64,000 nucleotides of DNA, taken from contig RBZT01000578.1 of NCBI GenBank assembly GCA_003693705.1, positions 186,001 through 250,000 on the forward strand, read 5' to 3'. The translations under genes were made by a program, and so were the position numbers. The notes beneath the pieces are model-generated. The model worked only from the letters and a program-made list of their open reading frames with translations. It was not told where the DNA came from and did no database searches. Shown in pieces: positions 1 through 13,390 of this stretch; the first letter of the stretch is position 1; each line of letters opens with the position of its first letter. The stretch is from Polymyxa betae A26-41 (lineage: Eukaryota > Protista > Endomyxa: Phytomyxea).

Positions 1-394
1 ATTAAGGTTGCCGACCTCATGAAACTGAAATTTGGGACAGAAAGGCGCCGATATTCAAAAAATTCGGTTATGCGCAAGTATACGTCGTTGGCGAAGCTTC
101 ATGGGTGGTCATTGGACGAGCGCAACGGCTAGAGTGTTCTGGGCAGGTTTGTGACTTTGTGACAAAGCATTATCCCGCTATCATCATTTCATTGATTTTT
201 CCAAGGACATGCCCATTACTGCCCGCGTCATAGGTGCAGTTGGTGAAGTCTGTCCTGTCGCTATAATTGAAAAAGAGTCTGCAGAGCGTCCAGACGTCGA
301 ACAATTTCTTAAACATCTGCCACAAAAACGAAAGCGAGGTAGGCCGCGAAAACCATGGAATGAGAAACGAAACCTCGATCAAGGGGTTTGGTAG
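1..394 (+). CDS. 3' end of a putative DNA-binding protein with a C-terminal AT-hook (partial, runs off window)
   Basis: Frame 1 is open from base 1 (IKVADLMKLKFG...SVMRKYTSL). The downstream frame ends KRKRGRPRKPW...* at 394, a canonical AT-hook core. The intron joining the two is not firmly resolved. Confidence 0.4.
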
Positions 395-439
395 AATTGT
401 GACAATCCTGCTAACCGTTCTAATTGAAATATACCTACA

Positions 440-1555
440 GCCTGATGTTAACTATTTCGAGGCAAGCGTGGCCGGACCAAGCTGCTTGCCGAACACTGAT
501 TGCCATGGCCTGGGCGAGACAACATAGACAATCTAATAGTTCGTCCAGTCGGCCACGACGAAAGCGAAGTCGTCATTACAGCCTCCGCAGGCGTCGGTCC
601 CGCTCTCCTGCTTGCTATCGTCATCTCTCCAGCTCTTTGTCTTCTTCGCGCTCTTCCTTTCATTATAACAGCGACCACTTTATTTTGGTCATTATTCAGC
701 AATATGGTCCCACACGATGCGATCCCGATCAATGACAACCGCTCCAGCTGCATCGTTCCGAAATTCTTCCCAAACGATTCAAGACGCTGCAGGATTACGA
801 CCTTGCGTGACCGTGGGAACTGGGAAGACCTAAAGCGGCGTGAGTGTTGTCATCGTCGCCCAACTTACACTATACCGGGCGTATCCTCTTTGAGAATACT
901 GGATTGGTAGTTGATTCAATGAAGCACGTCTGATTCGGCCTAGCTTGGGCAATCCAACAGATGCTTGGATGGTTTGATCTCCTTAGCATGACCTCCCGGG
1001 AAGATTCGCGATCAAGATCGTGTTGACGTCATGGAGAGGTTACGATGTAGTGCCAGTCAGTAAGTTGGGTGAATCAAAGTGCCCGGCCGATCATGATTCG
1101 CCATTACTCCAATTTACGAAACTTTATACCACAGTATACAGTTGCTTAGATCTGCCAAGAATCAGATGCTTTTCGTATTGCACTCTTATAATCCAGTATA
1201 TGGTTGCCATTTATCAATAGACAATAACTCGGTAGCATGGATAGACGGGCAAGCAGCTGAAAAGACTGTAGGCGCCATCTGATTAATGGGACACCAAACC
1301 ATGCCCAATATACAACTACCCAGCCTACTGGAATCCAAACAGCCTCTTGACTGAATTTGAAACAAGGAGCTGCTGGGTTGATAATCACTACAATCTTGAT
1401 TCTGTAAACCAGAAGGCTATGTTTATACGATTGCACTGGTGGATGTTGGCAGACGTCATCAAGGGGTCCCGCCATCAGGCTTTGCCTTAAACAGACTGGG
1501 CGCAACCCGCTGCGTGACACGCCACAAGTCCCAGCTGTAAGGCGTTCAGAGCCAT
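440..1555 (-). CDS. multi-exon hypothetical protein (weak resemblance to RNase P/MRP subunit RPP40)
   Basis: GT..AG introns join the last exons into ...SSQFPRSRKVVILQRLESF...LSLIGIAS...SWRDDD...GGCNDDFAFVAMAISV...*. Upstream exons are unresolved. Confidence 0.25.
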
Positions 1556-1653
1556 GACTGATCCTGTTTCCAGCCCGTCACAGAGTGCACTTCGTTAACA
1601 TTTGATTCAGCAGACAGGAACAGAGAATTCGTGTTGCTTGTGTCAGACATCCA

Positions 1654-2184
1654 ATGAAGGTTGAGCGCCCCGTTACCGACGATATGGAACTGCAGCGAGA
1701 CATCGATGAGGCGCTGGAGAAACTAAATATCAAGCTGCCGGTGCGGCCACGATCCGCCATGTCGTTCTTCATCGAAGAGAATAATGCATGTCCGAACGCG
1801 AAGAGCGTCTGGGATAAACTGGACGGAGAAGATCGAATGATGTATTTGGCAATGGAGGCGTCCGATAGAGAGCGGTACCAGCGAGAAGTTAATCTGCTCA
1901 CAGATCGTCTGATGGCGTCTAAAAGCGCTTACGAACTGGTAACGCTGAACCCGTCATCATTCAGAAAAATTTAAATGTGTTAGTTTTGTGAGAAAGAACG
2001 CGAGAATGTGATTCGGGAAATCCCCGGCGTCTCTGATAAATCAGTTGCCAATATTCTCTCGCAACGGTGGTTCAGCTCAGGATATGCTAATCAGATCATG
2101 TACGAATGTCTGGCTGAACAAGAGGGCGCCCTTCATGAACAAAGAACGGCGTCGCTGCGAAACCGTTTATTGAATCAATGTTAG
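1654..2184 (+). CDS. HMG-box protein with two boxes
   Basis: Box 1: PVRPRSAMSFFIEE...WDKLDGEDRMMYLAMEASDRERY. Intron 1939-1983 keeps frame into box 2: SAYELFCEKERENV...ILSQRW...YECLAEQE. Confidence 0.8.
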
Positions 2185-2460
2185 AGACGTACAACGTTTA
2201 CAGACATGATGAGACTGAAGGAGGATTACATTAATAATATAACAGACTGTAATATGCGTTCGAGCAAACCCTTTGGTTTAATAAAAAACATTATACATTC
2301 TCACTTGTTAGAATATTGGAAGTATTCACAATCGGTATCATCGTCGCAATTGAAACGATTTGAATTCAGCTTGTATGGACACGATGTGATGTTGAAGGTT
2401 ATAAGTCCCAGACGGAAACGATAACCTTTTTAGGGCGTTCCTCACTGACCTATAGCACAA

Positions 2461-5400
2461 TTATTTCCGGTGACCAAAATTAAATGATTCAAACCTGGCA
2501 CATTGCAGCTCAGCGCACCAATCTCGGGCCAGTCGGATTTCCTCGTGATCAACAACATCGGATGGCAGGACATCGCCATCGAACGGTGTTCCTTCTTTCA
2601 CAATTCGATAGGGAAGAACCAGCAAGGCTGGCATGAACACCTGCACATCGCGATGCCCTTTTATCAGATCCAAGCAGCATTCGAAAGCGCGTTTGAAAAG
2701 GCTATCACGCAGGGCGATGTCAACGTTGTCGCGCAGGCTGGCAGCCCTCTCGTTCAATGTTGCGATCAATATGGAGGCGTACATCAATGTAATCTGCTTA
2801 TCCCTTCGTGGTCGAACTGCATTATAATAAATAGATTCCAATTCCTCCCAGTTACCACGATTCCGGCATAACACCAGACTGGCAACGTAACAATCCTCTT
2901 CGGCATGATCGAGATTCGGATCGAACAGCAGTGCACGAATAAATTCAGTATCATTGGCCTGCGGGCCGAGCGATCCTTTCCTCGGCCGGACACGACGCAG
3001 GCGTGTCTTATCGTTAATGAACAGACTGAGTTCCGAGACGGCTCGATCTGCATAATCTGCCGATCCAGTTAGGAGTGCGACCTGCGCTAGACGTAAAGCC
3101 GGCCTGAAGAACTCGGGATCTTGCTCGCAGAGGGACGAGAACACGGCCGCAACATCATCTATGACCGATATTAGGCTTGGGGCGGTCTTTTCACCATACG
3201 AATAGCTGGATATTAGATTCCAATCCGGTTCTGGACTTCGAGCCAGATCCAGGCGCAGGGCGTGTACAGCATAGAGCGCATCGGGGATGGATTGAGCAGC
3301 GAGGGCGTACTGGTGCAGAATATCAACCGGCGATGCTTGTAGGCACTCGAATAGGAGAGCTTGAATGTACGATACTCTCGGTGAGGTCGGCAGCCGTCGC
3401 AGTAGACGCTGGACGCGTTCCAGCTGAGGCGCCTTGCTGAAATTGCCGCGCGGATCGCGAGCGAACAGCTCGAACAGCCGAAACTCCAGGACCAGTTGAT
3501 CCTGTACGACACGGTCGCAGGTCAGGGACGGCGCCGGGCTGATACGCAGCTCTTGAATGGAATCCGTCTCGGCCTGTAGTAAGATGTCGGTGCGCTGAAG
3601 ACATCGGCGGGCGCAGAGAAGCGGCTCTAAGAACGGATCGAGCTCAGCGCCTTGTAGCGAATCGATCGTTGACTGAATGCCCTGTATAAATCCCATACGT
3701 TGATGCAGGTAACACCATGCCAGTGCATACCAGGACCGGGAACGACGAGGATATAAACGTAAATCGTATCGTAACAAATCGTTGAGGATGTTCATATCGG
3801 ATGTGGTCGATGCACATATCCGGGTCGCATATGAGCATACCGAATGCGTATTAACGAGATGGTGAGCGAAATAATCGTAATAGCGACTATAGATATCATG
3901 ATCATCCGTATAGCACGTTACAAATGGTAACTGGTATCGGGAATCGTAAATGGCGCTGCTAACGAAATCGTCACTGGGTTGCAAATCCGTGGGGAATGGA
4001 ATCGATGTGCGAAGCTGTTTGAGCAGCGACACGCACCGGGGTGTGAATTCGGCCCGTTCTTCATCATTGAGAAACTGTTCAGCAGCGACACAATAATCGA
4101 GCAGGTTTCTGCATTGAGCAATGGGTAGTATCTGACCACTCAGGCGAATAGTCTCGAATCGTTGATGACATTCAAACCGAGGATCTAACGGCCCATACAG
4201 ACAGCAGTAAATGGCACTGATCGCATCGAATTTGTCACGATCGCGAACATCATCGATGAAGTCCAGACCGAATTGCAGATAGCGCTCGTTACAGCCGCCC
4301 TCAAACTGAGCCAGAAACGCATGACCCGCATTGTACAGCGCCACCTTGGCTGAGACGTCACCGCTGACCAGAGCGCCATACCGGCATGCAAACTGGACGA
4401 TCGCGAGAACGACAACATTGACGACATCAACAGCGAGATCATCTCTTAATGCGAAATAGAGAGCCTGCGATAGTGCTTGAGAGACTTCATCAACAAAACG
4501 TCCTGGAAGATATCCCAGAGGTTCGGAGCCCATCAGGTCTTCAACGCACCGACAGAATCGTGCCAGGCCGGCTTCGTCGAACGATGTCGGCGGCACGGCG
4601 GCGGCGATTAGCCGCAGCAGGACCAAGTTCGACGCGAACCGACGCCGAATGGTTTCGAGAGCGGCGACCTGAACAGGATTCGGGACGCCGGTGAAGTCGC
4701 TTTCGTCGCTAATACAGATTCGGTGCAGGTTCTGTATGCAGTCGTCATCGGAGGCGATCGCGCCCTCACACAGCTCCCACATCGACAGCGACGACATCTG
4801 GGAGGAGATCGTGGCCGCCGATATCACCCTATTGCTGATACATTTGTCGCGTACGACGACCTGGTCGCCGATACGTTCGGCGCATTGTGCCAGATAGAGA
4901 TAAGCGGTCAGATGTCGGCGATAATGTGTGTGCCAGAGACCCAACAGCCAACAGACCCGGACGAAGATATCCGTCGAATGACGCGGCAGGCCGAGGATCA
5001 GTACGGCGGCTGCATCCGGGTCGCGATCGAACGTGAGCTCGGCGGCCAGCAGCAGGTCGTGCGGCGACTTATTCAGCGACATCCGATCGTTCAGCGCCTG
5101 CCGCACTGATAGCAGCCGATCCGCAGGCATGGAGGGCGGCGGCGCCGACACGACCGCGTCCCAGATGTCCTGGGCCAGTACCATGAGGCCACTGTTGGCG
5201 GGCGGGATCGCGGCGAGCACGGCTCGGACAGCGACGGGTTCGTCATACGATCGGGATGGTTCGATGATGGGTGTGCCGGGTGATGATTGATTGAAGAAGA
5301 TGAGACGATTCGATATCAGACGAATGTCCTGCTGAGGGAGAGCGCTGTGAAGGAACTCCAACAGCGACGCCAGATGGTCGTTGTCGTGGTCGCCACCGCC

Positions 5401-6514
5401 GTTCGATGATGATGCTCCGGTCTGGGAGTCGTCGTCCTCAGTTGACGGCTTGGGAGACGGCTCCGGTGAGACGCTGCCAGGCGGCTGGGCGTCGCTGATC
5501 TCGACCTGGAGAGAAACCGGGGCGGAGAGCGCTTCGAACGGCTGATCTGAAATAGAATTGAGATTTGGATTTCAGGCAGAAATCGAGAAGAGGTGTTTTT
5601 TGCATGTTCGAATTAAGCAGGAAACATTGTTTGAATTACGTTGTGAATAGAGCCGATCGATATTGGGAAGTAGAAAGTCGAACAGATTATTGAATGTCAC
5701 CTGATCTTGTGAATCACATCTCCATACCAGGTCAATCTGAGCAACTGGAATGATCTCGCTGACCACACGGCGCCGCTTACAAAACTGCTCGAACGGAATT
5801 CCATCGCCATCATCCTACAAGAAAGTTGACATCTTTCTCAGCAATTGAAACGAATAAATTCGGACCTTCTCCCGGTCTGGAAGGCGTTCGAGCCCATGCT
5901 GAGACCAGCGCGCCCTTAACGTATAGCGGGCGAAGGTCTTCAGGCGGGAATAATGTTCGCGATCACCACAGGCTGTGACGATTTCCAGCAGGTTCTGGAG
6001 CGCTTTGCCCTGATCCGGTTCATGATGTAAACATCGCTCGAAACATTGTCGTGCAAGGGCCAACAGATCCAGGTTTCGAGCACACGAACCGATTTGTAAT
6101 AACAGCGATGTATCTGAGCAGCAGGAGAAAAAAAAACGGAGTAAAAATGTGCTAAAATCGAATAAAGTAGAAAGAAATACCTTTCCATCCATCATGAGTC
6201 TGCTGGGCCGATAATATATAACAGCTCAGGCCAGGAGCGAATCGTGACTGTCTAATATGCAGGGCGGCCAGATTCTTCAATGTCAATGAACGTAGCAAGA
6301 TTGCCATTTTCGGAATATCATTGCCATCGAGAGCATTGGATAAAATCGGATGCTGTAAGACCTGCTCGTAACCGGTTTCGGCAGCGGCCAGGTCGCCGCT
6401 CCCATCTAGCAGCAGGGCGTTCTCGTAGAGATCGCGAAGATGGCCGATCTGCCGTTCCAGGCCGCCGTCCGAGTCGGTGTCCTGAGATCGACCAAAGGCT
6501 GCGATCTGTGCCAT
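2461..6514 (-). CDS. CABIN1: Cabin1/Hir3-like TPR subunit of the HIRA histone chaperone complex (multi-exon)
   Basis: The N-terminus MAQIAAF...LYENALLL...YEQVLQHP...LTLKNLAAL...LLLQIGSCA...LARQCFERCL...LQNLLEIV follows the Cabin1 N-terminal TPR pattern. The long helical last exon includes DLRLYPRRSRSWYALA. Confidence 0.75.
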
Positions 6515-7450
6515 ATCGACATTGGGATGAAATCGATATGATGATGGAAGGAGGCGCCGTAGAGCGCATTTTAGAACAGCAATGGTCAGGCTAAGCAATG
6601 ATAGTGAGGATGGCAAGTATGGGTTCAGGATTGGCGGATTCAGCAATGACGATAGACAGATGAAAAACGGGCTGGAATGGATCAGCTGAGCAATCTCACC
6701 CCCTGCAATACGAATAATCATCATTGATGGCATCATTCCAGCAGCCAGATATATTCCAGTTCATCATTCATCCTATTGGACACCATGTATTGGCGAGTTC
6801 AGCCACCAGACCGAATGTTTCCAGAACCACGATTGTCTGCTGTATTCCTACCCGGGAAATTGCTTGGAGAACAGTTCGGTCTGTGAGGATTAGACGATAT
6901 TGCTGGGCAAGGAAATCTTGCGGTTTGTTGCACGGCTGTGATCGTGCGTGCTGCGTATCTTACTTTGAGCCACTTCCTCTTCATAAGAACATTGATCTTT
7001 GAGGCTAAGCCGCCTCTATTTGCAATCGACGTTTTAGCTTTCCCCAGTCGTGCTCATACCGGCTGCTGTATCAATCTTGTTCGACTAGTGTCGTATCGGT
7101 TAAAAGGAACGGTTCAGAGCGACTTTTGCCGCAATATACTGCAATTATGAATCTTCGATACTTTTTATCTACTTTAATAATCGAATTATCAACCGGTTTC
7201 GACAAACCATCTAACTGATTGAACTGGATTACCCGAAACCTGCTTGATTGAAAGCGGCTGGGCCCAAATCGTTGCCACCGCAAAACGCGACTTCCGTGGC
7301 TTCGTTTGCAGATAGACTATAAAACCGACGAGACGAACCTGTAACAGGCGAATCTGCAGAACCAGAATCTAACATCCTATGATGGTGATAGCAAATGATT
7401 GCAGAGCCATGGCGAAGTGGGCCAGCACAGTATTTATTGTTCTGCAACAT

Positions 7451-8770
7451 TTAATAGAAGTAGGTTGAAATATGATATCGAATAAAAAATCCAACAGCAC
7501 AACAGAATGTCTGGAACGTCAGTAAAATAACACACAGATCGCGCTCGGAACGAGGTCCTGTTATTAACAGAACCAAGTTCACCAGGTTCATATTCGTCCC
7601 TATGCCTTCTAATTTCCCAGTTTTCGGATTATATTTAGGTAATCGATGCCTAGCGGAAATTAAAAAATAAAAAATCCAGGATGGTTATGGATAAAACCTT
7701 GGACATGGAATAATACCAAACAGCTGTGGCAGTGAGTACAGAAAATTGATGATCTGGGGGATGAAAAATAGCAACAAGGTCTTGGAGAAATGCCCCAAAA
7801 TCCCAGCAACAGCAAATGTCATTCCAGAATAGGTCGTAAATGTATCACCAACAAAAACCCTTGAAGGATACCAGTTAAATAAAAGTAAAGCCACTGGAGT
7901 CATTCAGATTACAGACTACATCAGATCGATTATTTACATGTTGTAGCAATGAAAGGAAGCATCAATGTCATGGAGAAGAAATGCGGTGCCGATTGGAGCC
8001 CATCACATTCGATAATATTGTGAATGAGAACAGAGAAGGCGATTACGATGGCCTGTCCTGCTTCCAGGCCGTTGATACCGGCAAATATATTGATGGCGTT
8101 CGTTGTGAATACAGCTAATAGAACCATATATGCAAAATATAATACATCTGGGCGTAACTGTCAAACAAACAGCTTCTGGTTGGAGGAAAAGTAACATACG
8201 CAGGTCGAGAGAGGCGCCGATAACGGTTTGAAAAGGCTTAGGGATGATAATGGTCGTACCGCCCTGGTATGCGACCAACAACGGAATTGATGCTAGCCCG
8301 GGCAGAATCAATTTCGACCTCCATGGCAGCTCTAAGACGTCGTCGGCAAAGCCGAGCAATGTCATAAAACAGATCGAGTGCAACGCAGCGTTATATTCTG
8401 CTCTCTATAAACACAGCAGCGCTGAGCACTTCGATAGGCACAGCAGCAGACACGATTTCAATTACATGCGAGGCTGTTTCACTGTGAGCCAGCTGGCAAA
8501 CCGTGATACATAACAGAAATGCAAAAGCCGGCCAGATCCCCATCGCTTCTGGTCTAACAAAACATCGTCAGACAGCGAGCAGAGATCAACGACGGACGAC
8601 ATTTTCATATTCTCGCCCGGAGTCCCCTTCTTGTTCAGATCGAGACCAAATAGGTTGGCTCGGAGATGATAGTGCTGGACGCGAGGCAGGAGGAGATAGG
8701 TGGCCAGGAACCCAGCCGCAGAGATGGCTCCAGTTGTGAGACATTGGGCGATTGTTAAAGTGATCACCAT
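7451..8770 (-). CDS. DPAGT1: UDP-GlcNAc:dolichyl-phosphate GlcNAc-1-phosphate transferase (ALG7)
   Basis: Motifs [53 protein letters not shown] and [14 protein letters not shown], split by several short introns. Confidence 0.95.
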
Positions 8771-8969
8771 TAGAATGGGATCTGGCTGGCTGATGTGAGC
8801 GGCCTCTCACAAACTTCCAAACAACGACATATTAACAGGCACAGATAACCAAGCTTTTACAAAGCACCGAGTTCCGAATACGGCGAGAAAGCAATAAATA
8901 AATGTTTAAATCTATAAAAGTGAAATCTAACGGTATTGCTATGGATAAATAATCAAGCTGCAGAATATA

Positions 8970-9697
8970 TTAAAGACCTAAACGACCACGTTCCATAATG
9001 GACAGATTGCCATCAATCTGGCGAAAGTGGAACACAGGCGAAGTCCTGCCGTTGAAGAACTGAACTTGGAGCTGACCATCAAGGTCGGGTGTGTATCCGC
9101 TCGGCAGGCGACCTAGCGAGATAGAAGCGTCCGCTATTTCTTTGAGACAATCTAGAGCTGCTCGATGAGCGGCGATCTGTTCATGAGCGATGGCAATCAC
9201 ACCAATGCCTTCGTCCAGCAGGTCTCTGATGAAATCGATCAGATCTGCATGAGGAATTGCTTCGAGTATCGTATCGATGTCGTCTAAGACCAGGACACAG
9301 CTGGATTGGCTGTCGTTTTTGAATTGTTTGACAAGTTGATTTCTGGCTTGAACAAGGAATTTGGGATCATCCCATAAAGCATTTTCAGATAAGCCGTCCA
9401 ATAAATGGAATCGCAAATTCGCTCTATGTATATTTACAGAGACGCCCTGCAACCAGTAAATACTTCAAAATGCAAATAAACAACAAATACCATTTTTTGC
9501 AATCGCGCTTCATAATGGGACAAAGGCTCTCGAACAGAGAGCAGCGAAACCGATGCTTTCGAGCCGGATAGTATGTTAGCGATTACTGCCGTTATAAAGA
9601 CCTCTGAGCTCGTAGCCAAATCTTCTATAACTAGCGAGAACTGGTCCAAGCACTGTATAGGATTCCATCCTATTACTGAAAGATCTGCTCTGACCAT
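8970..9697 (-). CDS. ELP6: Elongator complex subunit 6-like
   Basis: RecA-like pattern SHYEARLQKMG, VLVLDDIDTIL and LPSGYTPDLDGQL, with one intron. Confidence 0.7.
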
Positions 9698-9904
9698 GAT
9701 TTTCAATCTTGAAAATGACAGAGCCCGCAAAACTTTCTTAAAGACAGTCAAGAAATTCGACAGAAACTCCTACGGAATTTTTTAACTTGCGCAATATCTT
9801 TCTCATGAATAAACGTGGTTTTCCTGGACTGTTTCGTGATTGTCTGATTGCAACCTGCAGTTAAGTTTATTAATTAATCAGGCTCATTTCTTGACTGCAA
9901 TCAG

Positions 9905-11488
9905 CTATCTCATGATGGTGATGCAATTGTGGATAGCACTGATCCTGCCTTCGATTTCCGGCAGGGATGCACCGAGACGACAGCAAATTTCATCGAGGCA
10001 GCAATTCGCCTCAATCATCTGATTCAGCAGATCGTAACGATCTCTTATCACAGAATGCGAAAGCGAGCTCTTGTCGTTATTAATCAACATGGGATAAACA
10101 TGAACTCGCCGTATCAATCCATTGGCAATTCCAAACGTTATTAAGCGCCTGATATCCACGACCCCTGATTTCAGAAGAGCACTCGACTCGCATAGCTGTT
10201 TGATTCTCAGACCTCGACGTAGCTGTGAATAAAGACAAAACACAGATCTCACGGTGATCTGTAAGACACTAAGTTTCAGAAAGATCAAGCAATCCATTCC
10301 ACAAAACGGTATTTACTGAGGCCTGTTGATGATTGCTAACGACGTAGTTCATACACGCTGTTTGCATTTCCGGTGCCGAAGCCAGCGCATGAATACGAGG
10401 AGTCACACAGTATATGTTGGAGCTAGAAAGATGTTAGAAATCGAGAAGTATGCGCTTGCAAACGATTCCACAATTGGAAGATATCTTGCAGGACAATAAG
10501 TTCGTAAAACAGAAGTTGTCTCAGGCATTCCATAACAATCTCAATATCGACGTTTGATAAGAAGGCGATTTTCTTTATACAATTCACACCTACAGCAACT
10601 TGAGTAAGCCATGATCAACACTTCATACTCATTAACCGTCGATAAAAGGCAGGATTTGCTGTAATGCTAAATCCCAATGAACTCGAAAAGCGCTGACATC
10701 CTGGATTAAGACCGGGACCTCGTGCTGCTTAATTTGTCTCGGGAACTTCCTCTGATGAAATATCTTCAGATTAATTTCCTTGACACACGATATCAAAACT
10801 CGAGTGCTACATTGTTTTGGAACTGGTTACCGTATCCAGCTCATGATCGTAAACCGAACATTCATTACAATCCCGAAGACCCTCAAATACCCTGGGCATG
10901 ATGCTTGAAAGGGTCGCCTTCTTCGCGGGGTCAGAGAACAGCTCATTTTCACGCTGGAACCGCAGTAAGATTAAAACGCCAATAACTGGATAGGATCTAC
11001 TTCAAGAGTTTCTAACAACCGAGACAGTTTTTTAACGACATCGTAGAAAGGTTTCGGATCCGTCGTTGACTTTAACACGAAGACAGCCTAAATAGAAATC
11101 AGGCCCGATCAATGCTGCTTGCGAGTTCATTACATTAAATATTAAGCAATTACGTTCATACTTGGTGTGCTCAAGACAAACCGCACATCCAACAAACTGA
11201 CGGCCCAAAACGCTCCTGCAAAAAAATCAGTCACATATTGCTAAGGTAAAATTATGATTGGTTTGATCAAGTTGTACAAACAAAGACTAACAAGGTGATA
11301 ACTCGACCGCAAAGATCCTCATCGGTAATGAAGAAGTCCGAAATGCTTTTGAATTCCTCGACGGAGAGCGTTCTGCTTATCGGGTTAGAGAGACACCGAC
11401 AGCACACCATCGCCTACTCTGCTGGATGCTGAAAGGTAATGGTTGGACCGACATCGTTATCGAATTCGCAGACACAGATTGCTTCCAT
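9905..11488 (-). CDS. NPRL2: GATOR1 subunit NPRL2/NPR2 (many short exons)
   Basis: Spliced reading MEAICVCEFDNDVGPTITFQHP...KYERNCLIFN...VKKLSRLLETLE...INLKIF...VPVL...DIRRLITFGIANGLIRRVHVYP...LDEICC. Confidence 0.9.
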
Positions 11489-11651
11489 GGATCATCTGCA
11501 GACGACACGCACTTCCAACAGCACAATTCCGATTTGCCCCATTATGATCTCTTTGGTGGTTCTTAAGATGGTTTCTGAAAATGTCTCGCTGCCTATAGTA
11601 TAAGTACACTGATAACTTGACCAAATGCAGAATTTTGGGTTATGTATCAAT

Positions 11652-13101
11652 TTAAAGCTCGACTTTTCCTGATTCACCTTTGGCAGTCGATTTCTCCTTT
11701 TGCTTAGAGCATTTTGATGTGGAACTACTCAAACTTGGTGTGGATTTTAACGGTGATGTGGAAACTTTTCCCTTGATGATATTGTCAAGGAATTTCGAAA
11801 TATCCTGAAACAAGCTTAGACTTTAGGGTGCACGTTTAGTGCTGACTGTTTACCTGCTTAGTGAAATCGCCCGCAAACAGAGCGAATCTGGATTTCCTTG
11901 GACTGAAAAATACAAGTTTCATCTTGTCAAGAGAATCGATCCCAAATGATGACGTAAAACTGTCGTTATTTTGCCCTTCAACCCAGGAAAATTTACACAA
12001 TCTGGATTCGGTAGCTTCAGAGACTTCGCTAAGCGCTTCAAGCTTGTTAAAATCAGAAGAGCCAGAAGCAATCCCAATTGCACATAAAGCGGAATTGGCG
12101 TCAAGGCAGTGAGCTTTTAGACACGATTGGTCGTGGAGCTGAGGCAGTTTCAACTCAGAGGGATCCCGCGGAAGAGCATGTTCAAGAATGAAGGCTTGGG
12201 CCTTGGCTTTGTTTTTACGAAGGTTTTTAGCAAATTTCAGAGGTTCGGACGTTTTGGCTGGAAATACGAGAAGACCTGAGCTCCCAGTAACCGTATACTT
12301 TTTGAAAAGGTCTTGGCTGGATTTGGCGCTGATCTGACCGACAACCATCCGGCCCGCAAGATTAACTGATAGAGACTACAGTGCAACAATCAGATTGGCA
12401 AATCACCAAAGTTGAGGTTTAGAATGGTCAAACTAACCTTGAAGAAAGCGTTAACGTCATCATTGGGCATAAATAGCAATGCACGAGGGATGTCAAGCTT
12501 CGAGAGGAATTCATCGATATTAGCTGAAGTGATTCGTTTCACTTTGGATGGCAGATTCTGCTTGACAAACTCCACCCTTAAAAGCAAAATTTGGAATATT
12601 GCTCCAAAGTAAAATACCCATTACTCACATAGGTTTCTTCTCTCGTGCACCTTGATACTCACTCGGAGCCCCGTTCTTGAATAATTTAATTGTTGGAAAT
12701 CCTGAGATTCCGTATCTTTGTGCTAAGATTTTGTTCTTCTCTACAATACCATTTCAGAAAAACTCATTTATGACAAAACAATATACCATTATCCGCATCA
12801 ACTGCTACAACTTTAGCGATATTGCTAAGGGATTTGGCAACTTTCTCGTAAGTTGGTACCAGGTTTTTGCAGTGGCCACACCAAGGAGCATAAAACTTCA
12901 TTCCCAGTCATAAGCCGTCTTACTACAATGCAGCATCTGATTGGTTACCTCGACCAAGACAGGGACCTTTGAATTTAACACATTCGCATCGAAATTCGTA
13001 GAGTCAACCTGTATGACTTTGGACGTGGGCGAATACAACCCCGCTCCGGTTTGGGCCAAGGTGAAGGATATCGCTGCCAGCACCAACAGTCTGATGATCA
13101 T
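11652..13101 (-). CDS. ER protein disulfide isomerase (PDIA6/MPD1-like)
   Basis: Signal peptide [16 protein letters not shown], a thioredoxin domain with [13 protein letters not shown] and GFPTIKLF, further thioredoxin-like domains lacking CxxC, and C-terminal KVEL*. Confidence 0.9.
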
Positions 13102-13390
13102 ATTCACAACGAGTCGCTATAAGATTGCCTAAGGTGCGTAGCAGACTTTCAAAGCAACGTGGTGATGGACTGAATGTTCCAGAGCGTAACGTTAAGCTTC
13201 CAGGGTTACTTTATCTACAATAAGAAGCAGATTCGTCTAATGCTGATTAGAGAGGCGCCTTGAAAATGGACAACTGTTGCCGAGTGTAGCTGTACACAGA
13301 GGGATATCGGATATTGCCCATTAATACATTCCGAGATGAAACAATCTGATTTAGAGAAGGTTGGGCTATTAACCCCTGTTTAAAACAATA

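Noticed and set aside
448-620. GGCNDDFAFVAMA as a viral terminase nuclease-like motif
   Set aside because: The match is too short, with no ATPase motifs or other viral genes nearby.
6520-7450. Several 60-90 aa ORFs between CABIN1 and DPAGT1
   Set aside because: There is no recognisable motif or consistent splice model, so I treated the region as UTR/promoter.
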